In this document: one piece after another, positions 56,239 to 64,000 of the stretch
Layout: every line of letters begins with the position of its first letter
How positions within the stretch are numbered: position 1 is the first letter of the stretch
From: Candidatus Buchananbacteria bacterium
GTDB lineage: Bacteria; Patescibacteriota; Patescibacteriia; Buchananbacterales; UBA6539
Length of the DNA: 64,000 bases
Assembly (NCBI GenBank): GCA_041664165.1
Contig: JBAYLH010000005.1
Coordinates: 344 to 64,343, forward strand
Direction: 5' to 3'
The notes under the pieces: model-generated
Databases searched by the model: none
Seen by the model: only the letters and a program-made list of their open reading frames with translations
Told to the model about the DNA's origin: nothing
Translations under genes and position numbers: made by a program

Positions 56239-57615
56239 ATGAATTTACGCTATCGCCGATTAATTTATCTTTCCTTTTTTGCCATCTTTTTTATTGTCAC
56301 GCCAATCGCCATCCTTTACACGACCGGCTATCGTTATAATTTTAAAAAGCATAAAATCGAAAAAACCGGCATTTTATACGTCGATTCAAAACCCAAGGGA
56401 GCTTTGGTTTATCTTAATGATCAATATGTGAATAAAACTCCGAGCCGGTTTACCGAACTACTCCCGGATGTCTATCGAGTCCGAGTCGAAAAAGAAGGTT
56501 ATTACCCCTGGCAAAAAAATTTGGAAGTCAAAAGCAATTTAACGACTTTCAGCAAAAACATCATCTTGTTTAAAAAAAGTCTGCCAACAAACATCATCGT
56601 CGGAAAAATTAACATTTTTAATATTTCGCCGTCGCAGGATAAATTATTTTATTCAACTATAGACAAAAATAATGAGGAGTTAAAAATTTATAATTTAAAT
56701 AATAAAACTGAATTTCTAATCAAATCTTTGGACAAAAAAACCTACAGCCAGATTGAGCTGGTCGGTTGGGCGCCCGACAGCAATAAAGCGTTGCTTAAAG
56801 AAACAATCGGCGACTTTAATAAATTTATCATTACCGACGTTGATAATCTTAAAACCAAAGAGTTGTTTGATATTACCAAACTGAATTTTGACAAAGTTAT
56901 CTGGGATGAAACCAATGAAAATTATCTGTACGGCTTGAGAAAAACCGCTTTATACCAAATCGATTTAGTAAATAACTCGGCCAAAAATATTATGGCCGGC
57001 AATATTTCCGATTTCAAGGCTTCGGGCAAGAATATTTACTACATTACCAAATTGGGAAAAGAATCATTTTTGAATAAAGCAACTTTATTGGAACAAAAAT
57101 TCACGTTCGACAGTAAAATTAAACTGCCGGCTTTTTCGTCATTTACTCTTCAGCCTTCAAGCCAAGACTATTTAGTTTTGCTTGATCCAAAAAACCAAAA
57201 TTTATTTATTATTACTCCCAACGCTTTTACCACTGATGAAGATATAAATAATGACATAGTTTTACAGGACAAAGCAAAAAAAATTATCTGGTCTAAAGAC
57301 TACAAGACTTTGCTTTGTTACACTGACTTGGAAATTTGGACTTTTGACCTAACCACTTTTCAAAAAAATTTAATCACTCGCTACGGCAAACCGATTGATC
57401 AGTTGCTTTGGTATCCGGACAATAAATACGCCATTTACCAGACTCAAAACACAATTCATGCCATTGAAGCCGATTATTTAGAAGCTAAAAATGATACCCA
57501 GCTGGCTGAAATGCCGCAACTGGGCTTGATTATCGTTGACGAAGCCGGCAAAAATCTTTTCTTTGTCGGTCAAGCCGGAACGGTTGAAGGAATTTACCAG
57601 CTCGAAATCCTTTAA
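56239..57615 (+). CDS. PEGA-domain membrane-anchored protein with beta-propeller-like C-terminus
   Basis: N-terminal TM helix, GYR, DSKPKGA, KEGYYPWQK; repeated W-x-P/K-D blades. Confidence 0.8.
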   Translation: MNLRYRRLIYLSFFAIFFIVTPIAILYTTGYRYNFKKHKIEKTGILYVDSKPKGALVYLNDQYVNKTPSRFTELLPDVYRVRVEKEGYYPWQKNLEVKSNLTTFSKNIILFKKSLPTNIIVGKINIFNISPSQDKLFYSTIDKNNEELKIYNLNNKTEFLIKSLDKKTYSQIELVGWAPDSNKALLKETIGDFNKFIITDVDNLKTKELFDITKLNFDKVIWDETNENYLYGLRKTALYQIDLVNNSAKNIMAGNISDFKASGKNIYYITKLGKESFLNKATLLEQKFTFDSKIKLPAFSSFTLQPSSQDYLVLLDPKNQNLFIITPNAFTTDEDINNDIVLQDKAKKIIWSKDYKTLLCYTDLEIWTFDLTTFQKNLITRYGKPIDQLLWYPDNKYAIYQTQNTIHAIEADYLEAKNDTQLAEMPQLGLIIVDEAGKNLFFVGQAGTVEGIYQLEIL

Positions 57616-57697
57616 AAAAATTACACAATTTAAACTTCCTCCCCCCAGCTAAACCGCTGGGGTTTAGTTTTAGCTGCTGATAATTTAAATCACTTTA

Positions 57698-57835
57698 GAT
57701 GTTCCGTGGGTGGGGGCTTGGGGGCAACATTAAGCCCCCGGCGAAACAGAATTAGTTAAATTGGCGAATCAGGCGCATTGTTGCCCCCAAAACTTTTGGT
57801 TACAAAAGTAACCCCGGCCGGAGGCTAAAAACATC
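57698..57835. other. GC-rich structured intergenic element
   Basis: gatgtt...aacatc ends; perfect 12-bp ttgggggcaaca/tgttgcccccaa; gggggctt/aagccccc; ggttac-aaaa-gtaacc. Confidence 0.5.
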
Positions 57836-57914
57836 ACTAGGATAATTAAATGCTTAATCGACCTAGGTGATGGGAAGAGAGATATAGTTTTTAGAACTTA
57901 AAATTTGTAATACT

Positions 57915-57943
57915 AAAAGGCCAGGCGTCAGAGCCTGGCCTTG
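57915..57943 (-). terminator. Terminator after rmlA
   Basis: aaaaggccaggc-gtcaga-gcctggcctt. Confidence 0.7.
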
Positions 57944-57971
57944 GTAATACTATTTTGATTTGCTAATTTAA

Positions 57972-58697
57972 TTAACTCTTAACCAATTTCTGAGTTTCAA
58001 TATTGGCATTCATCAAATCATCAAAATCACCGGCATCAAGCCATTTGCCGGAAAGTTTGCTTGCTTTCAAGGTCTTGCGCTTTAAATATTCCCGGTTGAC
58101 TTCGGTAATTTCCGTTTCACCCCGAGCCGAAGGCTTTAAGGTTTTAATAATTTCAAAAACGCTTGGCGTATACATATAAATGCCGATGGAAATTAAATTG
58201 CTCGGCGGATCTTTCGGTTTTTCAATTAAATCCGTCACTTCGTCACCGGCTAAAACCGCCACGCCGGATTTTTTCGCTTCTTCAATAGTTCCTTCGTAAA
58301 GCAGGATTCTGGCTTCTTCTTTACCCTTGGCAAATTCTTTGGCGAAAGTCGATAACGATTCAAAAATAATATTATCGCCGTTAATTGAAATAAATTTATC
58401 ATCACCAATAAAACCTTCGGCCAGCGAAATGGCACTAGGAATACCACCAGCCATATCCTGGACCCGATAGGTAAATTCAACCCCGTAATCCTTACCGCTG
58501 CCTAGAAGGCTAAAAATGGCCCCGGCGTGATGTGTGCCCGTAACCACCATAATCTTTTCAATCCCAGCACTTTTTAAGGCTTCCAAGGGATAATAAATCA
58601 TCGGTTTGTTATAAACCGGCAATAAATGCTTATTAGTAACTTTGGTTAAAGGCGACAACCGCGAACCAGTGCCACCGGCTAAAATTATACCTTTCAT
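57972..58697 (-). CDS. rmlA: Glucose-1-phosphate thymidylyltransferase (short SpsI/RmlA type)
   Basis: GIILAGGTGSRL, NKHLLPVYNKPM, EKP, SARGETEIT, WLDAG. Confidence 0.9.
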   Translation of the reverse strand: MKGIILAGGTGSRLSPLTKVTNKHLLPVYNKPMIYYPLEALKSAGIEKIMVVTGTHHAGAIFSLLGSGKDYGVEFTYRVQDMAGGIPSAISLAEGFIGDDKFISINGDNIIFESLSTFAKEFAKGKEEARILLYEGTIEEAKKSGVAVLAGDEVTDLIEKPKDPPSNLISIGIYMYTPSVFEIIKTLKPSARGETEITEVNREYLKRKTLKASKLSGKWLDAGDFDDLMNANIETQKLVKS

Positions 58698-58772
58698 AAG
58701 GTTAGCTTATAGGTTAGTAGCTTATAGCTGATAGGGATAGCTAAGCTTAAATAATAAAATTAGATAAAAAAA

Positions 58773-58863
58773 TTTTTCACCTGGCTACCGACAAAACAGG
58801 TAGGTGAAAAATCCAGGTTTGACACGGATTAACCCTGGATGCCGGCTCGCTGGCCGGCATGAC
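58773..58863. repeat. Composite hairpin element ending in a GGATGCCGG-N-CCGGCATGAC REP-like palindrome
   Basis: tttttcacct/aggtgaaaaa, atccagg/cctggat, atgccggc-tcgctg-gccggcat. Confidence 0.55.
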
Positions 58864-58891
58864 AAGTAAAATACTTCTAAAAGCCAAACGG

Positions 58892-59734
58892 CTAAAAGCT
58901 ACCAGCTAGATACTCTCTCAACGCTTCTTCCCAGCTTTGCAATGGTTCGGTCTTAGTATTATTCAAAGCAGCAAACTGTGGCCGCTTGGCCGGCTGGGGA
59001 AATTCCGTTGAGCTGCAGGGCACGACTTTAGTTTTCAAACCTCTTAACTCAACTGCCTTTTTGGCAAAATCATACCAAGTGATGCCGCCGGGTTTAGTTG
59101 AATTAGTAAAATGATAAATGCCACAAGGTAATTGCTGGTCAATAATTTCTCTGGTTTTTTTTGCCAAATCTTTGGCATAAGTCGGCCGGCCAAAATGGTC
59201 ATTCACCACTTTTAACTTACGCTCCTTTTCGGCTTTTGTCAAAATCCGATTAACAAAATTTTTCGGCCCGAATTCGCCGAAAAGCCAGGACGAACGGATT
59301 AAATAGTACATTTCGCCGTTTTGCTGTAAAAGCCTTTCGCCTAAAAGTTTTGACCGGCCGTAAGCGCTGATCGGATTAGGCAAATCAGTTTCGTTATAGC
59401 CTTCTTTTTTTGAGCCGTCAAAAACATAATCCGTACCGTAATGGACTAAAACTGCGCCAAGTTCTTTGGCGGCTTTGGCTAAATAACCAATAGCCAAACC
59501 ATTGATTGAATTGGCTAACTCTATATTTTTTTCGGCGCAATCAACGTCGGTATAAGCCGCGGCGTTGATGATTAAAGTCGGTTTCAAGGCAGTTAATTTT
59601 TCCTTGACTTGCATTTCATCGGTAATATCCAAATCAGCCCTGTCCCACAAAACCGGATTTTTATCGGCAAAAGCTTGAGCCAGTTGCTGGCCTAACATGC
59701 CTTTAGCGCCTAAAATTAAGATTTTTTGTTCCAT
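58892..59734 (-). CDS. rmlD: dTDP-4-dehydrorhamnose reductase
   Basis: GAKGMLG, NAAAYTDVD, TDYVFDG, YGRSK, RPQF. Confidence 0.95.
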   Translation of the reverse strand: MEQKILILGAKGMLGQQLAQAFADKNPVLWDRADLDITDEMQVKEKLTALKPTLIINAAAYTDVDCAEKNIELANSINGLAIGYLAKAAKELGAVLVHYGTDYVFDGSKKEGYNETDLPNPISAYGRSKLLGERLLQQNGEMYYLIRSSWLFGEFGPKNFVNRILTKAEKERKLKVVNDHFGRPTYAKDLAKKTREIIDQQLPCGIYHFTNSTKPGGITWYDFAKKAVELRGLKTKVVPCSSTEFPQPAKRPQFAALNNTKTEPLQSWEEALREYLAGSF

Positions 59735-60408
59735 TGTTTTGCTAAAAGTTTAGCCAAATATTTTCTAAATTTAAGCTGCTCGGGAATCGGATTTGTCAAT
59801 TCTAAATTAATATAGCGGGAAAAATAAAATTTAGGAATATTAGCGACATACGCCAAATCAGAAGCTTTACTGGCGCGATGCCAGCTTTTGCCGCCGGGTA
59901 AAACCGCGCTTAAATGATTGCAGCCGACTTTGTAAGTCCTGGCTGCCCGCTCCGAAATTTCATAATAATTTTTGGCCGTTAAACGAAATTCTTCTAAGTG
60001 CGCTAAATCAATGCAAGCGCCGCCGGCTTGGCCTAAAACCTTCAAATCTTTAATCCGATGCTGGCCGTTATTATTTTCAATAAAAATCTTTTTCCGATGT
60101 TTTGACTTGGCGAAACTTTTAAAATATTGACAATGCGTGGTAAAAACTTTGGATTTAAAAGTCTTAACCAAAAAATCAAGCTCTGCTTCCCTAAAATCAT
60201 GGCGGATATGGACATGGGGAATTCTTTTGACTTTGGTTTTTTGCAGCGCCTGATAAATTCCTTGTCTTTCGCGAAAGCCAGCCTTTGTCAAAAACAAAGA
60301 AATATCTTCCAGTCCCAGCCGGTCGACAGCTTTAACCATTAACCGCCAGTCGGCATAACAAGTCACCACTGAAGGATAAATTCGTTTTAAAATTTCTTTT
60401 TCAGTCAT
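59716..60408 (-). CDS. Hypothetical protein, possibly a metal-dependent TIM barrel
   Basis: HVH, IENN, CIDLAH, NHLS, NLEL pattern like the AP-endonuclease-2 / xylose isomerase fold. Confidence 0.55.
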   Translation of the reverse strand: MTEKEILKRIYPSVVTCYADWRLMVKAVDRLGLEDISLFLTKAGFRERQGIYQALQKTKVKRIPHVHIRHDFREAELDFLVKTFKSKVFTTHCQYFKSFAKSKHRKKIFIENNNGQHRIKDLKVLGQAGGACIDLAHLEEFRLTAKNYYEISERAARTYKVGCNHLSAVLPGGKSWHRASKASDLAYVANIPKFYFSRYINLELTNPIPEQLKFRKYLAKLLAKQWNKKS

Positions 60409-60427
60409 CAGTTACTTTTTCCCTCAT

Positions 60428-60546
60428 ACCCGGTAGTGATCCCTCACTTTAATTAGAAAAAACTATCGGCCGAAATTTCTTAATTTTAATAATAAATTAT
60501 CGATTCACTTTTAAAAATTATGAAAAGTGAGGGACTACTACCGGGT
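60428..60546. repeat. 119-bp element with 23-bp terminal inverted repeats overlapping the rmlB stop codon
   Basis: acccggtagtgatccctcacttt versus aaagtgagggactactaccgggt (2 mismatches). Confidence 0.75.
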
Positions 60547-61548
60547 GTACTGCTTTTGATAATACTCTTGATATTGGCCGGATTTTACTTTCTGCCACCA
60601 GTCTTGATTTTGCTCGTACCATTTTACTGTTGCCTCAAGCCAATCTTCAAAATTATGCTCGGGTTTGTAACCCAGCTCCTTTTTCGCTTTTGACCAGTCA
60701 ATCGCATAACGGCGGTCATGACCCGGCCGGTCTTTGACAAACTCAATCGCGGCTTCGGTTTTACCTAAAATTTTGATGATTCTTTTGGCCACTTCCAAAT
60801 TACTGACATCATCGGCCATCCCGCCCAGACAATAAGTCTCACCGATTTTTCCCTTCTCTAAAATCAAATCAATCCCCCGGCAGTGGTCGGTAACATAAAT
60901 CCAGTCGCGAATATTTAAGCCGTCGCCATAGACTGGAATTTTTTTGCCTTCAATCAGGTTAGTGACGGCTAAAGGAATAAACTTTTCCGGAAATTGATAC
61001 GGCCCGAAATTATTGGAACAATTTGAAATCGTAATTGGCAGTTGATAGGTATGGAAATAAGAACGAACCAAATGGTCAGAAGCCGCCTTGGAAGCCGAAT
61101 AAGGGTTGGAAGGATTATAAATGGTATTTTCGTTAAATTTTGCTTTGGACTTTAAATCCAAAGAACCGAAAACTTCATCGGTTGAGACGTGATGAAATCT
61201 TTTGTTAAATTCTTTGGCTGCCTCTAAAAGTATCTGGGTACCCAAAACATTTGTTTTGACAAATTCACCTGAGTCAAGAATTGACCGGTCAACGTGGGAT
61301 TCGGCGGCAAAATGGACAATCAAATCACAATCCTTAACCAAGTCTCGGACTAATTCGGGGTTACAAATATCCCCCAAAACAAACCGATAATTAGGGTTAG
61401 CTTCAATTGCTTTGAGATTTTCTAAATTGCCGGCGTAGGTTAATTTATCTAGATTGGTAATTTCATCGCTCCCATGAGCTTTGAGCCAATAATGGATAAA
61501 ATTGGAACCAATAAACCCGGCACCACCTGTTACCAATATTTTACTCAT
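60538..61548 (-). CDS. rmlB: dTDP-glucose 4,6-dehydratase
   Basis: TGGAGFIG, DKLTYAG, AAESHVDRS, STDEV, YSASK, DRPGHDRRY. Confidence 0.97.
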   Translation of the reverse strand: MSKILVTGGAGFIGSNFIHYWLKAHGSDEITNLDKLTYAGNLENLKAIEANPNYRFVLGDICNPELVRDLVKDCDLIVHFAAESHVDRSILDSGEFVKTNVLGTQILLEAAKEFNKRFHHVSTDEVFGSLDLKSKAKFNENTIYNPSNPYSASKAASDHLVRSYFHTYQLPITISNCSNNFGPYQFPEKFIPLAVTNLIEGKKIPVYGDGLNIRDWIYVTDHCRGIDLILEKGKIGETYCLGGMADDVSNLEVAKRIIKILGKTEAAIEFVKDRPGHDRRYAIDWSKAKKELGYKPEHNFEDWLEATVKWYEQNQDWWQKVKSGQYQEYYQKQYTR

Positions 61549-61653
61549 ATAATAATTTTAAAGTAGTAAAAAATAATTAGCTAATAATCATTCATTAATC
61601 CAACAAGTGTGCGGGTAAACCCGGCACCACCTGTTACCAATATTTTACTCATA
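61512..61653. repeat. Exact 38-bp duplication of the rmlB start
   Basis: taaacccggcaccacctgttaccaatattttactcata at 61512-61549 and 61616-61653. Confidence 0.9.
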
Positions 61654-61665
61654 AACAAAAAGGTG

Positions 61666-62088
61666 TTAGGTATTAGGTATTAGGTATTTTTTAATTTTTT
61701 CAGCAACCGCTTCGCCTTCACCGGCTCCGTATTTCCGCTGCGGCCAAAGCTTTAAACCGTCGCCTTCTGACCGGGGAACCAGATGAAAATGAAGATGAGG
61801 AATGATTTGACCGGCGACCGGATCATTATTAACGCTTAAATTATAGCCAGCCGTGCCTAAACCGGTTTTAATAGCTAAACCGACTTTTTTAACCGCTTTG
61901 ATTAATTCGCAAAGTTCGGCTTCGTTAATTTCTTCCAAATTAGCGTAGTGTTTTTTTGAAACCACTAAAACATGGCCGGGACTAACCGGATTAATATCCA
62001 AAAAAGCAAAAGCGCAGTCATTTTCATAAATTTTAAAACTCGGAATCTCACCGGCAATAATTTTGCAAAAGATACAATTGTCAACCAT
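61666..62088 (-). CDS. HIT family nucleotide hydrolase
   Basis: CIFCKII, FLDINP, GHVLV, HLHFHLVPR. Confidence 0.93.
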   Translation of the reverse strand: MVDNCIFCKIIAGEIPSFKIYENDCAFAFLDINPVSPGHVLVVSKKHYANLEEINEAELCELIKAVKKVGLAIKTGLGTAGYNLSVNNDPVAGQIIPHLHFHLVPRSEGDGLKLWPQRKYGAGEGEAVAEKIKKYLIPNT

Positions 62089-62092
62089 ATAA

Positions 62093-62416
62093 TTATTTTT
62101 TACTACTGACTAAAAAATATTTTTTATCAAAGCTGCCGCGTTTTTGATTCTTTTGCTTCCGATAAGTTTCAACTTCCGACCATTTTATCTTAAAAATCTT
62201 GGCAATATTTAACAAAACTTCATAGACGTCGGCAATTTTATTTTTTATTTCGGCCAAAGGCGCCCGCTCCACCTCTTTGGCTTCCTCAACTAATTTCCTT
62301 TTTAATTCATTTTTAAACTTTGACTGGCTGCAAGTATAATATTCCGGAACTTCGCCGTCGTCTTCGCAAATTTGAAGAATTTTATCCCGCACCAGCTTGT
62401 TATAAATTTTTTTCAT
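62093..62416 (-). CDS. House-cleaning NTP pyrophosphohydrolase (MazG / PRA-PH-like)
   Basis: YNKLVRDKI, KLVEEAKE, IADVYEV, KRGSF. Confidence 0.82.
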   Translation of the reverse strand: MKKIYNKLVRDKILQICEDDGEVPEYYTCSQSKFKNELKRKLVEEAKEVERAPLAEIKNKIADVYEVLLNIAKIFKIKWSEVETYRKQKNQKRGSFDKKYFLVSSKK

Positions 62417-62419
62417 AAA

Positions 62420-62896
62420 TTATCCTCCAGTAGCCACCTCTTTTGGCCAGACATAGGGCACTTCCGGCGAATTCCAGGCGACCCGGTATTCGTCCGGTTT
62501 TTCATAATTATATTTTTCCGTCGGGATATTAATAATTCTGGCTTCTTCGCAATCAGTTGCCGTAAAGCCGTGAAAAACTCCGACGGGAATTTTAAGCAAA
62601 ATTTGGCTGCCAGCCGTTTCCGGTTCGCTCAAAATAAATTCCTGGACTTCACCTTTAGTCTTTGAATTTTCCCGCGCATCATACAAAACCACCAAGGCCT
62701 TGCCGCCCACGCAGATAAAATGGTCGGTTTGAATTTTATGGTAATGCCAGCCTTTGGCCACGCCGCGTTTGACACCGGTCATATAAATTTGCCCGAATTT
62801 ATCAAAAACCTCGTCATCAGACCGCAGCATTTCCATTAAAAATCCCCTGTCATCGGGAATCACTTTTAATTTTTTGACAATTACGCCTTCAATCAT
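62420..62896 (-). CDS. rmlC: dTDP-4-dehydrorhamnose 3,5-epimerase family protein
   Basis: DDRGFLME, KGWHYH, YDAR, IPVGVFHG, PDEYR. Confidence 0.88.
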   Translation of the reverse strand: MIEGVIVKKLKVIPDDRGFLMEMLRSDDEVFDKFGQIYMTGVKRGVAKGWHYHKIQTDHFICVGGKALVVLYDARENSKTKGEVQEFILSEPETAGSQILLKIPVGVFHGFTATDCEEARIINIPTEKYNYEKPDEYRVAWNSPEVPYVWPKEVATGG

Positions 62897-62904
62897 AAAA
62901 AAAA

Positions 62905-63111
62905 TTAATCGTTAGTATTAGCTATTATACCCGAAATCAGCGCTAAAATCAAGAGCCAAATCGGACTAAACCAATTAGTAATAAAGCCGGGCAAAAAATA
63001 ATCAATGGCATAAAAAATTACAAAAGCCATAAAGGCAATCTCAAAAATTTCCTGAACAATTTCGACCCAAAGCCGGGTTTTTCTTTTAAAAAAGTTTAAT
63101 TTAATTTTCAT
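62905..63111 (-). CDS. Small two-TM membrane protein
   Basis: Two hydrophobic helices; operon-like spacing. Confidence 0.6.
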   Translation of the reverse strand: MKIKLNFFKRKTRLWVEIVQEIFEIAFMAFVIFYAIDYFLPGFITNWFSPIWLLILALISGIIANTND

Positions 63112-63629
63112 CGAATTAAGCTTATTTCTAATGACTTGATTATTAATTCACCCGGAATATTGGGATCAATTTGAGAACTGGAAATTAAAAACCGCCGGAC
63201 ATTTTTTTGCTGATAAATTTTGGCGGCGGAAAAATCAAAAATCGCTTCCTGCCAGTTTCCAGACACGTCCGTAATTAAAAGCGGTTTTTTTAAATCATAC
63301 TGAAAACCCGGTCCGGTTTGGCCGCCGATGCCGTCAAGTTTCCGGCCGGCTGGCCGAAAAATTAACTTGATTCTGATCTTTTCAAACCAGGGCAGCGAGC
63401 GCAAATCAAAATAAACCTGATTGTCTAAAACAATTTGGTAATCTTTGACTAGTTTAATCCGCGGATCAGGACCTAAACGCGAAAGCATCGGCAAATCTTT
63501 GCCGGGCTGGCCGGTAATTTCTAATTGGCCGGATAACGGAAAATTTTTGTTAACCAGCCAAAGCAATAAACCAATGAAAAAAACAACCAGGATAAAACTG
63601 ATAATTTTTGGCCAAAAAAATCTTTTCAT
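63108..63629 (-). CDS. Hypothetical membrane-anchored protein
   Basis: N-terminal TM helix; overlaps or abuts its neighbours. Confidence 0.6.
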   Translation of the reverse strand: MKRFFWPKIISFILVVFFIGLLLWLVNKNFPLSGQLEITGQPGKDLPMLSRLGPDPRIKLVKDYQIVLDNQVYFDLRSLPWFEKIRIKLIFRPAGRKLDGIGGQTGPGFQYDLKKPLLITDVSGNWQEAIFDFSAAKIYQQKNVRRFLISSSQIDPNIPGELIIKSLEISLIR

Positions 63630-63631
63630 AA

Positions 63632-64000
63632 TTAAAGCTGGCTAAATTTAACCTGGTATAAAATTTCCGCCCCAATTTCTTTGACTGGCTCTAATTTTAA
63701 GCCATTAGTAAACTCCAAAATCGGCTCCTGCCCCAAAGCATAATAATAAACCGGCGCGATTTTTACCAAGCCGGGCAAAGTATCGGTTAATTCTTGGTTT
63801 AGCGACAAGGCATCAAAAGTATGAATGACTTTTCGCTCCGGAAAAAATACTTTATCTTTGCGCACCGTAACAATGACTGAATCGGTCGGCGTCAGCTTCA
63901 TCACTTCCAAAGCATTCAGCTTGTAAGCTAAAATCCGCTCGCGAACTGGCAAAATACTGTCGGGCTTGTCTTTTAAAACCAAATTGGCCGACTGATAAAA
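63632..64000 (-). CDS. C-terminal part of a gene cut by the window edge (possibly a membrane glycosyltransferase)
   Basis: Frame is open to position 64000; TPTDSVIV...DKVFFPER; rml context. Confidence 0.5.
   Translation of the reverse strand, partial: FYQSANLVLKDKPDSILPVRERILAYKLNALEVMKLTPTDSVIVTVRKDKVFFPERKVIHTFDALSLNQELTDTLPGLVKIAPVYYYALGQEPILEFTNGLKLEPVKEIGAEILYQVKFSQL

Noticed and set aside
1-64000. CRISPR array, rRNA or tRNA genes
   Set aside because: No regularly spaced repeat-spacer units and no recognisable tRNA or rRNA motifs were seen by eye
1-64000. Alternative genetic code (TGA=Gly, as in Gracilibacteria/Absconditabacteria)
   Set aside because: Core genes are full length under code 11 and ftsW, murD and pyrG end at TGA in the expected places

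Overview
Gene-dense, AT-rich chromosomal window whose content and style suggest a Patescibacteria (CPR, Parcubacteria-like) genome; the taxonomy is inference. The housekeeping backbone comprises glpX plus a DUF2090 aldolase, secA, an interrupted cell-wall cluster (mraY-murD-ftsW-murG-murC-murB), a type IV pilus cluster without a secretin, Rrf2-iscU-nfu-iscS, rpmA, pyrG, rplI, a CtpA protease, murA and rmlCBDA. The standout is a ~15 kb minus-strand locus (37.4-52.8 kb). It encodes six paralogous proteins, each a divergent ~350-420 aa N-terminal domain plus an intact phospho-His swivel domain, together with a seventh remnant. There is only one stand-alone ATP-grasp (PPDK_N) subunit and no PEP-binding barrel. 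This looks like a split, modular dikinase array of the rifampin phosphotransferase or phenylphosphate synthase type. It is co-located with an SbnI-like kinase, three phosphatase-type genes (one frameshifted at a G10 tract), an MtxX-like protein, an M29 peptidase and a RAYT-like transposase with REPs. Small palindromic elements are common: some nested inside each other, some inserted in frame in murD and the Rrf2 gene. There are also 7/8-mer tandem repeats, 120-140 bp inverted-repeat elements, and a 960 bp direct-repeat-flanked islet with an unannotated 39 aa CCHC zinc-knuckle microprotein. All family calls come from motif recognition by eye; no searches were run.
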